In this document: positions 1 through 11,492 of the stretch, in pieces
Layout of the letters: every line of letters begins with the position of its first letter
Numbering within the stretch: position 1 is the stretch's first letter
The notes under the pieces: model-generated
The model's database searches: none
What the model was told of the DNA's origin: nothing
Seen by the model: the letters and a program-made list of their open reading frames with translations, nothing else
Made by a program: the position numbers and the translations under genes
NCBI GenBank assembly: GCA_038087875.1
Contig: CM075987.1
Span: 16,184,001 to 16,248,000, forward strand
DNA from: Malacoraja senta
Taxonomy: Eukaryota
Direction: 5' to 3'
Length of the DNA: 64,000 bases

Positions 1-352
1 TGTACTCCAATGACCCACTTCAGAAAAAAAATCTTAGCATGTCTCAATGTCCTGAGCTTGTTCACTCTTTTTAAAGTATTCTGGCAAGATGCATCACAGC
101 CAGTTGTGGCAGCTGCTCTGCTCTTGATCGCCTGAACCTGCAGAGGATGTAAACACAGCACAGTCCATCACAGACTTGTCTTTTCCTTCATCCTTCCATC
201 TTCACGGTGTGATGTCTCAGGAAGGCTGAGCCTCACCAATCACATCTGTCGCCCCGGCTTTTCTCTCTTCTACCTTTTGGGAGAAGTAACAGGAGCTTGA
301 AAACCCAGATTTAAGGACAGCTTCTTCCCCACAGCGATCAGACTCATGAACC
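1..352 (+). mobile_element. Old Rex1/Babar-like LINE 3' remnant
   Basis: tttaaggacagcttcttccccacagcgatcagactcatgaac translates to FKDSFFPTAIRLMN. Confidence 0.6.
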
Positions 353-866
353 AATCACTTCTTCACACCCCCTTCCCAGAGGTACTGCGATGTACTCTTA
401 AACTCAACTTGATTATTCCATAGGTAGACACAAAATGCTGGAGCAATTCAGTGGGTGAAGCAGCATCTCTGGAGAGAAGGAATGGGTGATGTTTCGGGTC
501 GAGACCCTGTTCAGACTTTTTTTAAGAATATTTGATTATTCCATAATTTACTTTTTTTCTCCACTACTTCAAATTGCACTACAACTTTTGACAACTCTGC
601 TGTTTTGCATCCATCATTGTATTCATTGTCATCTATTATTATCATGTACACCGTGAACTCTATGTACCCTTGTGTATATTACTAACCTGAATCTAAAATC
701 CCAAACCTTTGTCTAGCATGGGTGCTGCCACCTACTGGAAAGGCAAGGTTTAACACTTGATACCATTTTACGCTGAAGTTTAAATCAGACACATGCATTC
801 TTTGACCTGTTCGTAAGGTGCTCATTGTGTGTATGTCTCCTTTATTTTCATATTCTGGAACTCCAG

Positions 867-944
867 GAAGGGACCTCAAAGTTTGCTACACTTGACCTCA
901 ATCCAAAACGGGCTCAGAAAAGGCAGCAGCAACAAAGGGAGTTG
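867..944 (+). CDS. RALGDS: RALGDS coding exon (RasGEF/CDC25 domain region), EGTSKFATLDLNPKRAQKRQQQQREL
   Basis: ctccag acceptor and gtaggt donor; 78 nt, phase 0/0; matches the recalled human RALGDS segment EGTSKFATLEMNPKRAQKR. Upstream exons lie outside the window. Confidence 0.93.
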
Positions 945-1040
945 GTAGGTTTGCTCCAGAGATCTAATTGATGCACACAAGTCATTTATTCTAATGGCTG
1001 TCCTTAATCAATAATGCAAATGCCTTCTGTGTTTCTCCAG

Positions 1041-1127
1041 GGTGTCATGCAGGGTACAATCCCTTACTTGGGAACCTTTCTCACTGACCTGGTTATGTTG
1101 GACACTGCGGTGAAAGATCATTTAGAT
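1041..1127 (+). CDS. RALGDS: RALGDS coding exon, GVMQGTIPYLGTFLTDLVMLDTAVKDHLD
   Basis: tttctccag / gtaagt boundaries; 87 nt; carries the CDC25-domain motif GTIPYLGTFLTDL. Confidence 0.96.
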
Positions 1128-1723
1128 GTAAGTGAGAATTAGCCTAGAATCTGTTTACAAATGGAGCATTCAATGTATGTAACAAATGGGTTTAGTGTGG
1201 GGGAAACACTGCTTGTGATATTGGAATATGGTGACAAATGTGTTCTCCACTGGTGTAAGTAACTAAGTAGTTAAATGGGTCCACATCTTTGTTTATGTAA
1301 AACGCAAAGTGCTAAAATAACTCAGTGGGCAGGCAGTGTCTCTGGAGGACATGGACTGGCGATGTTTTGGGTGGACCCTTCACACCATGTCCTCCAGGGA
1401 TGCCGCCTGACCCGCTGAGTTAATCCAGTACTTTGTGTTCTCCACAAGATTCCAGCATCTCCCGGTCCTTGTGTCTCCTCTGTTTATGTGCCAGCTAAAC
1501 GTGTGAAGTCATTATCCACAAGTCTCACCAGCAGTTGCTTCAGGACTTGTAATGGTTGGTGTCAGTCTGTGTACCGCAGTAGATTTGCACTGTTGTACAG
1601 TGTGATGCCAGCAAGTGTCTGATGCCTCTACCTGCTCCCCAGAAGAGGGAGGGGGAGAGAGAGAGTGTGGGGAGAGGAAATGTAATCATTCAGGTTATTA
1701 ATCTGCTCCTTTCCACTTCACAG

Positions 1724-1756
1724 GGCGGTCTGATCAACTTTGAAAAAAGGAGAAAG
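1724..1756 (+). CDS. RALGDS: RALGDS coding exon, GGLINFEKRRK
   Basis: cacag / gtaaga boundaries; 33 nt; LINFEKRR motif of RasGEF domains. Confidence 0.95.
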
Positions 1757-2414
1757 GTAAGACATTTAAGGCTCGTTTCATTATTGAGGGCCATGGGTTT
1801 ATAAATGAACATTTACCTCCACAGCTCGGAGCGTGAGCTCCCCATGAAGGAGCCACTGCGCTGACTCCCAGGGAGAGGTCATATCCCAGCTAGACCGCTA
1901 GATATCACCTGGCGCTGAAAACCCACCGCCACTCCTCTCCCCCCTATCCCATTACTTAGTTTAAATTACTCAGGCTGTGTCCAGAGGCCCGGCAACAACA
2001 CTGAATCCCACCAATGCACCTGGGTTGCTTTAATTCAGTTACAGGGCATTCCCGAGGGACCATTTTTTCAATGGCCGATGGGTCAGTTGGGGATGGGCAC
2101 AAAATACTGGCATCACCAGTGGCATTTGCATTTAGGCAATGAATAAATATAGTTTTTTTAATGTGTCTTATAAATGAGACTGTGTAAAGGCAGTGTGCCC
2201 ACTCACTGGCTTGGCTTACTGCTTGCCTTCAGAGACAAGCTGATAGCCACTCCATTTGGAAGCAGATAGAAGCTAATAGTAGTTAGTATGGGAGCTGCCA
2301 TTGTATTTCACTGGACCTTGGTGGGATGTTCATATTACACACAATACTGTAACATTGCTGCCAGGATTTGGAACGCCCACCGCACAATGTGAATTGGGAG
2401 TTGTGGTACGCAGG

Positions 2415-4557
2415 CATAGATACATAGATACATAGAAATTAGGTGCAGGAGTAGGCCATTCGGCCCTTCGAGCCTGCACCGCCATTCAATACGATCATGG
2501 CTGATCATCCAACTCAGTATCCCGTACCTGCCTTCTCTCCATACCCCCTGATCCCTTTAGCCACAAGGGCCACATCTAATTCCCTCTTAAATATAGCCAA
2601 TGAACTGGCCTCAACTACCCTCTGTGGCAGAGAGTTCCAGAGATTCACCACTCTCTGTGTGAAAAAGTTTTTCCTCATCTCGGTCTTAAAGGATTTTCCC
2701 CTTATCCTTAAGCTGTGACCCCTTGTCCTGGACTTCCCCAACATCGGGAACAATCTTCCTGCATCTAGCCTGTCCAACCCCATAAGAATCTTGTATGTTT
2801 CTATAAGATCCCCTCTCAATCTCCTAAATTCTAGCGAGTATAAGCCAAGTCTATCCAGTCTTTCTTCATATGAAAGTCCTGACATCCCAGGAATCAGTCT
2901 GGTGAACCTTCTCTGCACTCCCTCTATGGCTATAATGTCCTTCCTCAGATTTGGAGACCAAAACTGTACGCAATACTCCAGGTGTGGTCTCACCAAGACC
3001 CTGTACAACTGCAGTAGAACCTCACTGCTCCTATACTCAAATCCTCTTGCTATGAAGGCCAACATACCATTCGCTTTCTTCACTGCCTGCTGCACCTGCA
3101 TGCCTACTTTCAATGACTGGTGTACCATGACACCCAGGTCTCGCTGCATCTCCCCATTTCCTAATCGGCCACCATTTAGATAATAGTCTGCCTTCCCGTT
3201 TTTGCTACCAAAGTGGATAACCTCACATTTATCCACATTATACTGCATCTGCCAAACATTTGCCCACTCACCCAGCCTATCCAAGTCACCTTGCAGTCTC
3301 CTAGCATCCTCCTCACAGCTAACACTGCCCCCCAGCTTAGTGTCATCCGCAAACTTGGAGATGTTGCTTTCAATTCCCTCGTCCAGATCATTAATATAAA
3401 TTGTAAATAGCTGGGGTCCCAGCACTGAGCCTTGTGGTACCCCACTAGTCACTGCCTGCCATTGTGAAAAGGACCCGTTTACTCCTACTCTTTGCTTCCT
3501 GTTTGCCAGCCAGTTCTCTATCCACATCAATACTGAACCCCCAATACCGTGTGATTTAAGTTTGTATCCTAATCTCTTATGTGGTACCTTGTCGAAAGCC
3601 TTCTGAAAGTCCAGATACAACACATCCACTGGTTCTCCCCTATCCACTCTACTAGTTACATCCTCGAAAAATTCTATAAGATTCGTCAGACACGATTTAC
3701 CTTTCGTAAATCCATGCTGACTTTGTCCAATGATTTCACCACTTTCCAAATGTGCTGCTATCCCATCTTTAATAACTGACTCTAGCAGTTTCCCCACTAC
3801 CGATGTTAGACTAACTGGTCTGTAATTCCCCGTTTTCTCTCTCCCTCCCTTCTTAAAAAGTGGGGTTACGTTTGCTACCCTCCAATCCTCAGGAACTACT
3901 CCAGAATCTAAAGAGTTTTGAAAAATTATCACTAATGCATCCACTATTTCTGGAGCTACTTCCTTAAGTACTCTGGGATGCAGCCTATCTGGCCCTGGTG
4001 ATTTATCGGCCTTTAATCCATTCAATTTACCCAACACCACTTCCCGACTAACCTGGATTTCACTCAGTTCCTCCATCTCCTTTGACCCGCGGCCCCCTGC
4101 TATTTCCGGCAGATTATTTATGTCTTCCTTAGTGAAGACGGAACCAAAGTAGTTATTCAATTGGTCTGCCATATCCTTGTTCCCCATGATCAATTCACCT
4201 GTTTCTGACTGCAAGGGACCTACATTTGATTTAACTAATCTCTTTCTCTTCACATATCTATAAAAACTTTTGCAGTCAGTTTTTATGTTCCCTGCCAGTT
4301 TCCTTTCATAATCTATTTTCCCTTTCCTAATTAAGCCCTTTGTCCTCCTCTGCTGGTCTCTGAATTTCTCCCAGTCCTCTGGTATGCTGCTTTTTCTGGC
4401 TAATTTGTACGCATCATCTTTTGCTTTGATACTATCCCTGATTTCCCTTGTTATCCACGGATGCACTACCTTCCTTGATTTATTCTTTTGCCAAACTGGG
4501 ATGAACAATTTTTGTAGTTCATCCATGCAGTCTTTAAATGCCTTCCATTGCATATCC
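2415..4557 (-). mobile_element. CR1/HER1-type LINE, 5'-truncated, with an uninterrupted ~680-codon ORF2 (RT) segment, antisense in a RALGDS intron
   Basis: ORF 2514-4559 has NYRPVSLTS, DFQKAFDKV, GVPQGSVLGP and FADD motifs; 3' tail is a (CTATGTAT)n-type octamer repeat at about 2415-2435. Confidence 0.95.
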
Positions 4558-4715
4558 AATGGAAGGCATCTGCTTTGGTTACCACCTCTGTATGGTTCAT
4601 CTGGGATACGGAAGACTGGAACTGAGATAATGGATCAGTATGCTATGGAAGGCAGGAAATGTGGCTGTATTTTTCTGCAAGCTCCACTAACACTGGCAAA
4701 TGTTTTCTCTGCTAG

Positions 4716-4837
4716 GAGTTCGAAGTGATTGCCCAGATCAAGTTGCTGCAGTCTGCCTGCAATAACTACTCATTTACACCGGACCATCGGTTTGTGGAGT
4801 GGTTTCGCAGCGTGGGGAGGCTGACGGAGGCAGAAAG
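4716..4837 (+). CDS. RALGDS: RALGDS coding exon, EFEVIAQIKLLQSACNNYSFTPDHRFVEWFRSVGRLTEAE
   Basis: ctag / gtgaga boundaries; 122 nt, ends phase 2; matches RALGDS EFEVIAQIKLLQSACNNY. Confidence 0.96.
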
Positions 4838-5187
4838 GTGAGAGGACGCTTGCGCTGCTGTGGAAGGGTTGGGCATGGGTTGGTCGACGATGTTGTCAGA
4901 GAGGAGAGAGCCAGGGCGAGAGCCTATGTCCCTGCTCGGTGCTCACACTTTCAGACACACCTGCCCAACACAAGCTTTCGTGAAATCAATCTCAATGACA
5001 GACATGGATCTGTTTTTATCTGAGCAGGTGGTGTGAGTGCACTACCCTATCCCAGTGAGATCAGAGAGCCAGTGACTGGGGAAAACCTGGCTGGGATTTG
5101 AATAAAGAACGCTAGGTGGGGAGAGGTGCTGGAAAATCATGCCCTGTCTTGATTTTGTTAACTGTTTTAATCTTCTTATCATTCCAG

Positions 5188-5283
5188 TTACAACCTGTCC
5201 TGTGAAATTGAGCCTCTGGCAGAATCTGCGAGCAACACTCTGAAGGCAAAGAAGAACACGGGCATCATCAAGCGGTGGAGCGA
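5188..5283 (+). CDS. RALGDS: RALGDS coding exon, (S)YNLSCEIEPLAESASNTLKAKKNTGIIKRWS(D)
   Basis: ttccag / gtgagt boundaries; 96 nt, phase 2/2, consistent with neighbouring exons. Confidence 0.95.
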
Positions 5284-6163
5284 GTGAGTGCCCTTTGCCG
5301 CTGTAGTTAGACAGATGTACATTGAATGTAAAGGTAGAGAGGGGATTGTGACATTTTGTCTGGGTAATCCTGGGGAACTGGGGCTATGTGGAGGACAAGA
5401 CAGAGGTTTCTATTGCAGGTCCATCCTGGCAGATGGAAAATGGGAGGTTAGGTGTGGATGGTGGGGGCCCTTCACCCTTCCCTCAGCATTAAGGAAGGAC
5501 TCTGTTGCAAGTACGGGTTTCTTTGTTCTGTTTCGGTACATATGGCAGTTAAACACTCTTGACACTTGAGCAAAGGTGGGAAAGGCCAGAATGGTTACAA
5601 GGTGGAGATTTCTCTGCCCCGCCATGACTCACATTGGGTGGCCGTGTAGAAACATTATCGGTACATATGACAATTAAACGCACTTGACTCTGGACTTGGA
5701 AGTGAGTTGATAGCCTGATTTATATTGACATTGATAGCCAAGAGTCAAGTGTGTTTAATTGTCATACTGAGTACAGAACAATGAATGTCTTACTTGCAAC
5801 AGCACAACAAGTCTGTGAACATAATACTCATAATACATATTAAACAATTCAATAAATTAATAACCATATCAGGCCACGATATCAGCCAGTAAGCTCTCTA
5901 CCACACACCTGTAGAGGTTTAAGAGAGTATTTGTTGACATACCAAATCAATGTTCTAGGGAAGTAGAGGTGTTGATGGACTTTCTTTATCATTGCATCAA
6001 TGTGCTGAGCTCAGGACGGATATCAATGGAAATAAAATGTGGGGAGAGTAATGGGGGCTGCTGATGACCCTAATGAGGTGTCTGCTCAGTCCAACATGAG
6101 GCGTATCCTTGGACTATCCAGTTTGTTAACACCTTCCTCCTTCCATCCCATTGACGATTGCAG

Positions 6164-6362
6164 CAGGCAGACGCCAGCCACAGATGCTCCATGTACAGGC
6201 GCCCAGTCCCGATCCTGCGAGCAGCTCAAGTACGGGCCCTACCTGGGCGGTGGCGATGCAGGAGACTCAGTCAGTGTCACATCTGCCGGCTCCAGCAACT
6301 CTGACGTGGAAGAAATCAACATCAGCTTCATCTCCGAGTCACCGGATTCCCAGGAGAAGAAG
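6164..6362 (+). CDS. RALGDS: RALGDS coding exon, RQTPATDAPC...SVTSAGSSNSDVEEINISFISESPDSQEKK
   Basis: ttgcag / gtaggg boundaries; 199 nt, phase 2/0; matches RALGDS SAGSSSSDVEEINISF. Confidence 0.94.
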
Positions 6363-7771
6363 GTAGGGAATGATTATGCAAACACCAAACAAATTGTTCT
6401 TTAACTCTGATGTCCAGTGCCAGAGGCCAAGTGTGATCCGTCCATTAGCGCAGTAAATTGGGACAAGCCGAGACTCCATGGAAAGCCTTGTGTAACGCAA
6501 CAGTCTGTCACTAAAGAAGCCTGAAGTGGGTATGACCCACCGTAATTATGATGGCAGCAGTAGGGCTGCTAGAATGAGCTAAACTGTTCGTGGCTAGTTG
6601 TAGATTCTAACCCTAGGGTGATCACTGCCTTTTCTCCATTCCTCCCCACCCCAAACCCCAGTTAAAAGTGTTGGCTCGCCCAACCACTGGGGTTTCTAAA
6701 TCTCCCAGATTATCCTGAAGTCTCCCGGATGGGAAAATTAATTTCACGGACCAAAGTAAAATCCTGCAAATGAACAGGAGATACAACAACTCAATGGCTC
6801 TATCTCTTTGCCATAAACATGCTGGAGTTGAGCAAAGAACGGCTAGTTAATTGATAGTCCAGAGTCACCGTGTGTCTGATTACCTTTTGGTTATCCCTGG
6901 AAGGTATTACCTGCCATTAGTGGGCATATTGGCTGGCCAAAGGCAGGCTTCTGGGGTAGGGAGATGAAGGGAGAGATGATTTGTTGAGGTGTTCAAATAG
7001 CCTGGAGTTGGGAATCTTCCCATCCTGACACATCCCTGTTGGATCCCCGATGAATGTTTACTCCATGATGTCCCTGAAGCCCAAAGTGCTCCACATTCCC
7101 TCCCATGGTTTAAAAAGGAATCCTACATTCGCAACTTTCCACACACTTGCATTATTAAGCAAAACAATATCTTTGGAAAAGTCACATTGTTATGGACCTT
7201 CACCCAAGGCCTCACCAACTGTGATCTCCTCAGCCCCACGACCCAATGAGATATTTATGTTCCTCCTATTTGAGCCCCTTGAGCACTGCTGATGTTAATC
7301 CCTTCATCATGTGTGACAGGGCTTTCAGCCGCCAAGACACCCAGTGAGGAAATTCCCTTGCTCCTTCCACTTGTAAGATGCTTGTTCATCAACTTATTGT
7401 TCAACATCCATATTGTGAATGAAAGAATAATGTTGTATGCCAGTGCATCTTGAGTTGTGTTGCTGCATTGAAGGTGCTGTGCAAATGAAAGTTGTGGTTG
7501 TGAGGTAGGTAGACGTGAATTGAGCTTGGCGCTGGTGTAGGGTACACATGAGGGTGATGGTGGCAATGCTGGGCTTACAAGAGGATGTACTCTGCAAACC
7601 TCTTCAGAACTGACTCAGCACCTCACCTTTAGTTTTTTTTTACTGAACTTTGGAAGTACCAGCTTTTAACTGGCAGGTACAACATTCCAAGCTGGGCCAG
7701 ACTGGGCACTGGTGGTACCAGTCTTGTCCCAATGGTAAACCTTTTTTTTCCCATATTTTATTTTCTTTTAG

Positions 7772-8056
<285 letters not shown>

Positions 8057-8385
8057 TAGTTCATTGTTCGGTCTTGGGTGAGATGGGGAGCAGGAGATGG
8101 CGAACATTGGATTGGTCTAAGCAAAACTGCCTCACATTCCTCTGGGCAACAGGTGTGTATCTTTCAAGACAGAAGAGACCGCAGATGCTGGAATCTGGAG
8201 CAACAAACAAAGCAACAATGCTTTTCCATCCACAGATGCTGCTCGACCCACTGAGTTCCTCCAGCATTTTGTTTGTTGCTCTGAGTTCATAACTTTTTCT
8301 AAACTCACTCCACATCCACTATCTCACCCACTAAGGCATATATGAAAATTCTTGGCACTACTATTTTGAAGGAGAGCAGTGTTAA

Positions 8386-8720
8386 GGTGGCACAGTAGCG
8401 CAGCAAGTTGAACTGCTGTCTCACAGCTCCAGTGACCTTGGATTGATCCTGACCTTGGCTGCTGTCTGCTTGGAGTTTAGACATACTCTCTGTGACTGCG
8501 TGGGTTGCTTCCAGGTTCTGCAGATTCTTCCCGTATCCTACACACATACTGGTCAGTAGGTTAGTTGACATGTGAAAATGACTCTAGCAGCAGATGAGTA
8601 GTAGAAAATGTGCAGTGTTAATGGGAAGGTGAAAATAATAAAATGGGATTAATGTCAATGGATGCTTCATGGACAATGAGGACTGAGTGGGCTTAAGGGC
8701 CTGTTTCATTGCTGTGCCTC
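8386..8720 (+). mobile_element. tRNA-derived V-SINE (HE1-like)
   Basis: tRNA-like head, V-domain-like core and CR1-like tail. Related copies at about 23747-24005(+), 29200-29470(-), 45545-45825(+), 56542-57022(+) and 58875-59790(-). Confidence 0.75.
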
Positions 8721-9310
8721 AACACTTGTACTATGACAATCAAGGGTGGTAGTAAATGGTTGTTTTTGACACAGAGGGAGGTGAATGGTGGCATTCCCCA
8801 AGCATTGTTGATAGGACCACTGTTTAAATAAAATCTATATCGATGACCAAGACCGAGGGAGACAAGTCACAATTTCGGCCTTGGTTTTGCATTTGTATTG
8901 CCAGCCGTGGTTGAGTTAACTGAGAATCTAGAGTTGGCCTTGCCCTACTACCATAGTTACGTTTTGAGCCCCACGCCACTGCCACCAGGAAATGGGGAGG
9001 GAAATTATCCAAGGTTCCTCGTGTTGCCTTGGCTCGGCTGCAGCTTGAAAGTGGCTCGGGTAGTGGTGTTTTCTCCAAGATAAAATATCTCAATTACCAC
9101 TGCTCCAAGAGCCAACATGAGATGCAAGCCCATGTGAACGTGTATTCATAATGGGTGTAGATATCCTATGGAGAGGATGGGAGATAATGTGTAGAGACAT
9201 AAAGGTGAGGGGAGATGAGGATGTGGTAAATATTATTAAACTACTGAAAGGATTAACAGGGCAACAAATACCAAAGCATGGTCTTCTAAAGGGTTAAAAT
9301 TCTGTTCCAG

Positions 9311-9425
9311 GTGACAAGCCAAGATAAGACGCCTATTGTCATTCGAAAGGCCATGGCCAAACACAATTTGGATGGGGACAGGCCTGAGGATTACCAACTG
9401 GTGCAAATCATCGCTGAAGACAAAG
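9311..9425 (+). CDS. RALGDS: RALGDS coding exon, RA domain, [38 protein letters not shown]
   Basis: ttccag / gtatgt boundaries; 115 nt, ends phase 1. Confidence 0.96.
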
Positions 9426-9552
9426 GTATGTGTGTTATGTAGGTGTGTGGGTACTAAGGTCTGAGCATAGTCATGTGGGCCACTAAGACTGTCCCAGGAG
9501 AGCTCCAGTGAGTGTCACTACCTCCTGTCCCAGAGTGAAACATAGAAACAGA

Positions 9553-9758
9553 ATAGAAGCAAAAAGCTGGAGTAAGTCAGCGGGACAGGCAGCATATTTG
9601 GAGAGAAGAATGGGCATATTTCAGGTCGAGACCCTTCTTCAGCCGACCCGAAACATCACCCATTCCTTTTCTCCAGAGATGCTGCCTGTACCGCTGAGAT
9701 ACTCCAGCTTTTTGTGCCTATCTTCAGTTTAAACCAGCATCTGCAGTTCCTTCTTACA
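9553..9758. mobile_element. Penelope-pLTR-derived fold-back mini-element with 12-bp TSD
   Basis: Inverted pLTR halves; CATAGAAACAGA at 9541-9552 and 9759-9770. Confidence 0.8.
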
Positions 9759-10500
9759 CATAGAAACAGAGAAAATAGCTGCAGGAGTAGGCCATTCGGC
9801 CCTTCCAACCAGTTCCGCCATTCAATATGATCATGGTTGATCATCTAAAATCAGTGCCTCGTTCCTGCTTTCTCCCCATATCCTTTGATTCCGTTAGCCG
9901 TAAGAGCTATATCTAACTCTCTCTTGAAAACATCCAGTGAAATGGCCTCCACGGCAGAGAATTCCACAAATTCACAACTCTGGGTGAAAAGGTTTTTCCT
10001 CATCTCAGTCCTAAATGGCCTACCCCTTTATTCTTAAACTGTGTCCCCTGGTTCTGGACTCCCCAACATCAGGAATTTTTTTCTGGCATCTGTCCAATCC
10101 CTTAAGAATGTTATGTTTCTACAAGATGCCCTCTCATCCTTCTGAATTCCAGTGAATATAAGCCCAGTCGATCCATTCTTTCATCATGTCAGTCCCGCCA
10201 TCTGGGAATTAACCTGGTGAACCTCCCTCAATAGCAAGAATGTCCGTCCTCAAATTAGGAGACCAAAACTGCACACAATACTCCAGGTGTGGTCTCACCA
10301 GGGCCCTGTACAATGCAGTAGGACCTCCTTGCTCCTGTACTCAAATCCTCTTGCTATGAAGGCCAACATGCCATTTTCTTTCTTCACTGCCTGCTGTACT
10401 TGAATGCTTACTTTCAGTGACTGATGTTACAAGGACACCCAGGTCTCGTTGCACCTCCCCTTTTCCTAATCTGACAACATTCAGATAATAATCTGCCGCC
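9759..10500 (-). mobile_element. CR1-type LINE 3' fragment
   Basis: Clearly similar to 2430-3190, with indels. Confidence 0.9.
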
Positions 10501-11316
10501 TTGTTCTGAACTCAAGTGAAGATCATATACCCTGTTCCAGGAGAGCTCTAGTGAGGGTCACTACCCCATGTACCAGTGTGATCTCCAGTCTAGGTTACTA
10601 ACACTGCCTGTTCCAGGTAGGGTGTTTCATATAAGAATGATATGTCCTTTGAAATTGGGCAGCCGGTGTAGCCTGCACGGTGCCCAGCGGCAGCATAGGA
10701 ATGTTGGAAGTGGAGGTATCAGACCATTTGCTGATTGGCAGGTCAGACTAGCGCCAAACAGCCATTTATCTTCGAAGAAAAGCAAAATGCTGCAGATGTT
10801 GAAAAAACGAAATAAATGCTCGAAACACCCAGCAGATCGAAAAGCATCTGTGGGGAGAAACCTTCACCTTGATTAAAATGATTGAAATTGAAAAGTAAAC
10901 AATGAGGTGGAGATGGTTGGGAGACGCTATAGTGACGGAGTGATTTAGCTTCCTCAGTGAAGAACCACCCAATGCAACATACACCGATAATGTAATCTCA
11001 CGCTAACAATGTTGCCTGTATTAGCTTGCATGAACTCAGCCTTGACTGACTTTAGCCGCCTCCATGCTGGGGAAGGCTATATTCAGCCTGGATTATCTTC
11101 CCAATTGCAAACCAGTGACTCTTACTGGAAAAGTGGAGTCAGGTTGTTCTGTGCCTGCAGGGTCAACACCCAACCCATCTCACTGCCACATGAACAGTGC
11201 TCACCAAGTGAGAAGTCAGCATGTATCACAAGAGTGAATATTTTGGAAGAAAATTAAGTGCAGAGAGGGTTGAATAAAATGGGAGCTTAAGGGTTTGCTT
11301 TCTCTTTCTACAACAG

Positions 11317-11492
11317 AACTGAAAATCCCTGACAATGCCAATGTGTTCTACGCCATGAACTCATCTGTCAACTATGACTTTATGCTGAAGAAAAGGGGAC
11401 ACTCAAAACCAGGGAAACCAAAACACGTTTCAAGCTCAACTCTCCCCAGAATGAAACAGAAAGGACTGAAGATCACAAAAAGCATCTTCTAG
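11317..11492 (+). CDS. RALGDS: RALGDS terminal coding exon, (E)[26 protein letters not shown]...[18 protein letters not shown]
   Basis: caacag acceptor in phase 1; TAG stop. The C-terminus matches human RALGDS ([18 protein letters not shown]), which favours RALGDS over RGL1. Confidence 0.96.

Noticed and set aside
8386..8460. tRNA-like sequences at SINE heads
   Set aside because: Degenerate SINE heads without a complete cloverleaf; not tRNA genes.
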